From Mobula hypostoma (taxonomy: Eukaryota): a stretch of DNA of 64,000 nt. The notes beneath the pieces are model-generated. The model worked only from the letters and a program-made list of their open reading frames with translations, searched no databases and was not told the origin of the DNA. Shown here one piece after another: positions 60,891 through 64,000 of this stretch. Position numbers and translations under genes: made by a program. Where the stretch lies: assembly GCF_963921235.1 (NCBI RefSeq), contig NC_086097.1, forward strand, positions 23,376,001 through 23,440,000. The letters are read 5' to 3'. Each line of letters opens with the position of its first letter. The stretch's first letter is position 1.

Positions 60891-63210
60891 AACATTGAGT
60901 GTGGGTCTTCAGGTTACTGGTCTTCCTCACTATGGGCGCCAAGAGAAGAGGGCATGTCCCATATGGTGAGGGTTTTTAGTGATGGATGCCACCTTCTTTA
61001 ACTTAAGACCATAAAACATGTCCTTGATGGTGGGGAGGATTGTGCCAGTGATGAAGCTGGCTAAGTATGCAATGCTCTGCAGCTCTTTTCTATCCTATGC
61101 ATTGGAGCCTGCATACAGGCAATAAAGCAGCCAATCAGAATGCTCTCCACCATACATCAGTAGAAATGTGGTATGTTTCTCTGGTGACGTGCCAAATCTC
61201 CTCAAGCTCCTAACAAAGCCAAAACCGCAGAGGTACCTTCTTCATGATTGCACTGATGTGTTGGGCTTAGGATAGATCCAATGAGACGTTGATGCCCAGG
61301 AGCTTGAAGCTGCTCATTCGATTAACCAATTCTTAAGTATTGTGTGTGCCTTAATGAATAATTCGTCATATTTTCTGTTATTTAAATGTGGACAGTCTTG
61401 GTGAGACGAGTTGATTCATCTGTGCAGGCTTAAAAACCATATACGTTATACTGCAGAAGACACTATAGAGAGGCAAAAATTGAAGCAATTGTTCCTGGTG
61501 TTTGTACACCTACTGTGACTCAGTGGCTTGTTGATCACAGCTGACATTCACGGTTTGGAGTCAGGTGCAATAAATGGTGCTTTCTTAGCCAAAAACTGGC
61601 TGTGCTGCTGCCAAACACCTTTTTGCAGTTGGCATAAGGAAGAACAAAAATGGAGAATTTGAAAACAAGATGATAGATTTATATTTGAATCTTCCGAGTA
61701 TATTTTGGTTTGAAAGAGTTTCAAGCACAACAGACATTTCCTTGAAGGTAATATATCTGAAAAGATAATAAAGTTGTAAATGAAATTAAGTGTGGGGCAA
61801 CTGGAACTACTGTGCAGTGCTATGCAACAGTCTTAGGCACCCTGATTATATATAATTTTATGTATTGCACTGTACCGCTGCCACAAAGAAAACAAATTTC
61901 ATGACATATGTGAGTGATGGTAAACCCAATTCTGACATGGGTCTCTATTGTCACTGAGAGTGGTAAAGGGTCAGGGACAGAGGAATCATGGTTGAGAAAA
62001 GGGGGAGGGATGGGAAGCACCAGAGATGCATCCTGTAATGATCAATAAACCAATTATTTAGAATCAAATTACCTTACCTGGTGTCTCAGGGCTGAGTGAG
62101 CCAGCTCCCTTCCCACCCCCCTCCACCCCACCTCACTCCTGACACCTGTCCCACAGCCCTTCCTGCAGCGCTTCTCCCTTGCCATTCCAAGCATCCTTTG
62201 TTCCTGCCGGCTTTACAAACTCGCTCTCTGCTCTACGTTGTCAAATGTAGCACTGTGCAAAAGTCTCGGGCACGGTAGCACACTCTGTTATTAGCCAAGA
62301 CTCAGGTTGGGTTGTGTAAATAAATAAATTGGTATCTAATTGCTGACTTGCTCTTAACTGAGCTGTGATAATAGATCAAATAATGGAAGGTAATAGAATA
62401 TTAAAAATAATCTAATTAGAAGATAATAGATCTACGAAAATAATAAAGTTGTAAATAAAAATGTGTGGAGTAGCGAGATATTTATCAGGAGTGCTGAGCA
62501 CACAGGGCACTTAGTATTGTCAATGACCGCCCCCCCGCCCCCCCCCCAGCTGTCCAACAATCTCTTTGACCGCCTACAATCAGGCAGAAGCTACCGTAGC
62601 ATTAGGACAAAGACTGTTAGGATGGGAAGCAGCATCTTCCTCTAGGCAGTGAGACTACTGAACTCCCTGTCACAACCTAGTTCTCACAGCATGTGAAGCA
62701 CCAGTAGTGTTATGCAGTTTACTTCTTAATTTGTGTCATAAATGCACCTATTTCTTTGTGGTGATATTAGTTTATGTGTTACGTGTGTGAGTTATATGTA
62801 CTGTGTTCTTCAGCTTGATCCAGATGAGCATTGTTTCATTTGGCGATATACATGTATATGGTTGAATGACAATTAAACTTAAACTTGAATGTGAAGTTAT
62901 AGTTAATACACTCAAGCAGAAAGGGGGCAGAACCGAATTATTTAACAATTTATCTATGCTATTTACAAATACAACAAAATGAAACCAGGCTTTTAAAGGG
63001 ATTGGAAGAAACACAGACTGCTGTAACTATCCAGCAGACCTGGCAGCATCACAGAGAAAGTAGAAGAGTTTCAAGTGAACATGAACTGTTAACTTACTCT
63101 CTTCGTAGATGCTGTCTGACCTGCTAAGTAGTTAAAGAACTCTTTTATTTCTGGTTTTCAGTACCCCTTGTTTTTGTTTTATTTTTACAGCGACTTCCCC
63201 AGGCTTTTTA

Positions 63211-63550
63211 CACTCAGTGGCCACTTTATTAGGTACACCTATATACCTCGTTTGCACTAATATCTAATCAGCCAAGTGTGTGGCATAAAAGCATGGAAAC
63301 ACAGTCAAGAGGTTCAGTTGTTATTCAGACCAAACATCGGAATGGGGAAGAAATGGTATCTAAGTGACTTTGACTGTGCAGTAATTGTTAGTGCCAGATG
63401 AGGTGGTTTGAGTATCTTCGATGGGATTTCCATGCACAGGAGTCTCAAGATCAGGGGCTTCCAAAGCTGGAGTTTGCTGACCCCTTGCCTAATGGTATTG
63501 GGCCATGGCATAAAAAGGTTGGGCACCCCTGTATTAGAGTGTACGTAGAA
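63211..63550 (+). mobile_element. Tc1 derivative left part (same family), carrying a hAT MITE
   Basis: TA|CACTCAGTGGCCACTTTATTAGGTACACC; MGKKWYLSDFD..IVSAR..LSI remnant. Confidence 0.75.
63452..63531. mobile_element. 80-bp hAT MITE (reverse copy of 50659-50738)
   Basis: CAGGGGCTTCCAAAG...CCATGGCATAAAAAGGTTGGGCACCCCTG. Confidence 0.75.
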
Positions 63551-64000
63551 CAGTACAGCACAGCCTTTGGCCCACAATGTTATGCCAAACCAAATAAATT
63601 AGTAATCAAATGACCAAGTAAGCTAATCCCTTCTGCCTACACAATGTCCATATCCTTCCATTTTCCTCACATTCGTGTGCCTAACTAAACAGCTCTTAAA
63701 AATTCCTTATGTATGTGCTCCTACCATCACCACAGACTGTGCAGGCCAGGCACTCACCACTCTGTGTTTTTATTTTTTTTTTAAAAAAAGCTTGCCTTTC
63801 ACATCTCTTTTAAAATTTCCCCATCTTATCTTAAGTGCATGCCCTCTGGTATTAGACATTTCATCTCTGGGAAAAAGATGCCCTGTGTCTACTCTATCTA
63901 TACCTCTCATAATCTTATACATCTCTATCAGATCTCCCCTCAGCCTTTGGTGCTCCAGAGAAAACAACCCAAGTTTGTCCAACCTCACATTATAGCACAC
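63546..64000 (-). mobile_element. CR1 3' fragment running off the window edge
   Basis: ORF 63770-64000(-) RLDKLGLFSLEHQRLRGDLIEMYKIMRG..TRGH. Confidence 0.85.

Noticed and set aside
1..64000. CRISPR arrays, prokaryotic operons, LTR/ERV or endogenous viral genes
   Set aside because: No regularly spaced repeat-spacer array and no gag, integrase, env or viral motifs in the ORF track; the recurring motifs are dispersed eukaryotic TE fragments.

Overview
This is repeat-dense, non-coding vertebrate DNA (intronic or intergenic). The repeat set (V-SINEs, CR1 with (TTCTATG)n-type tails, Rex1/Babar LINEs, Penelope-like terminal repeats, Tc1 and hAT relics) looks like a cartilaginous fish, probably a ray; the taxon is an inference. 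I recognise no host protein-coding exon. Every long ORF is transposon-derived: CR1 RT at 13.5-14.8 kb, Rex1/Babar RTs at 16.5, 35.4 and 53.4 kb, and a frameshifted KIAA1586-like hAT transposase at 32.7-33.8 kb. The most notable observations are: (1) an apparent single-event chimeric retro-insertion, a hAT transposase fragment fused to a CR1 3' end, flanked by a near-perfect 9-bp duplication and splitting a V-SINE; (2) minimal hammerhead-ribozyme motifs in Penelope-like repeats, several arranged as palindromes; (3) non-coding LINE-like elements with YY1-type heads; (4) V-SINEs sharing one head and core but carrying different LINE tails; (5) many nested insertions with readable TSDs; and (6) a candidate conserved enhancer at about 31.5-31.9 kb. 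Family names come from by-eye recognition, not database searches.
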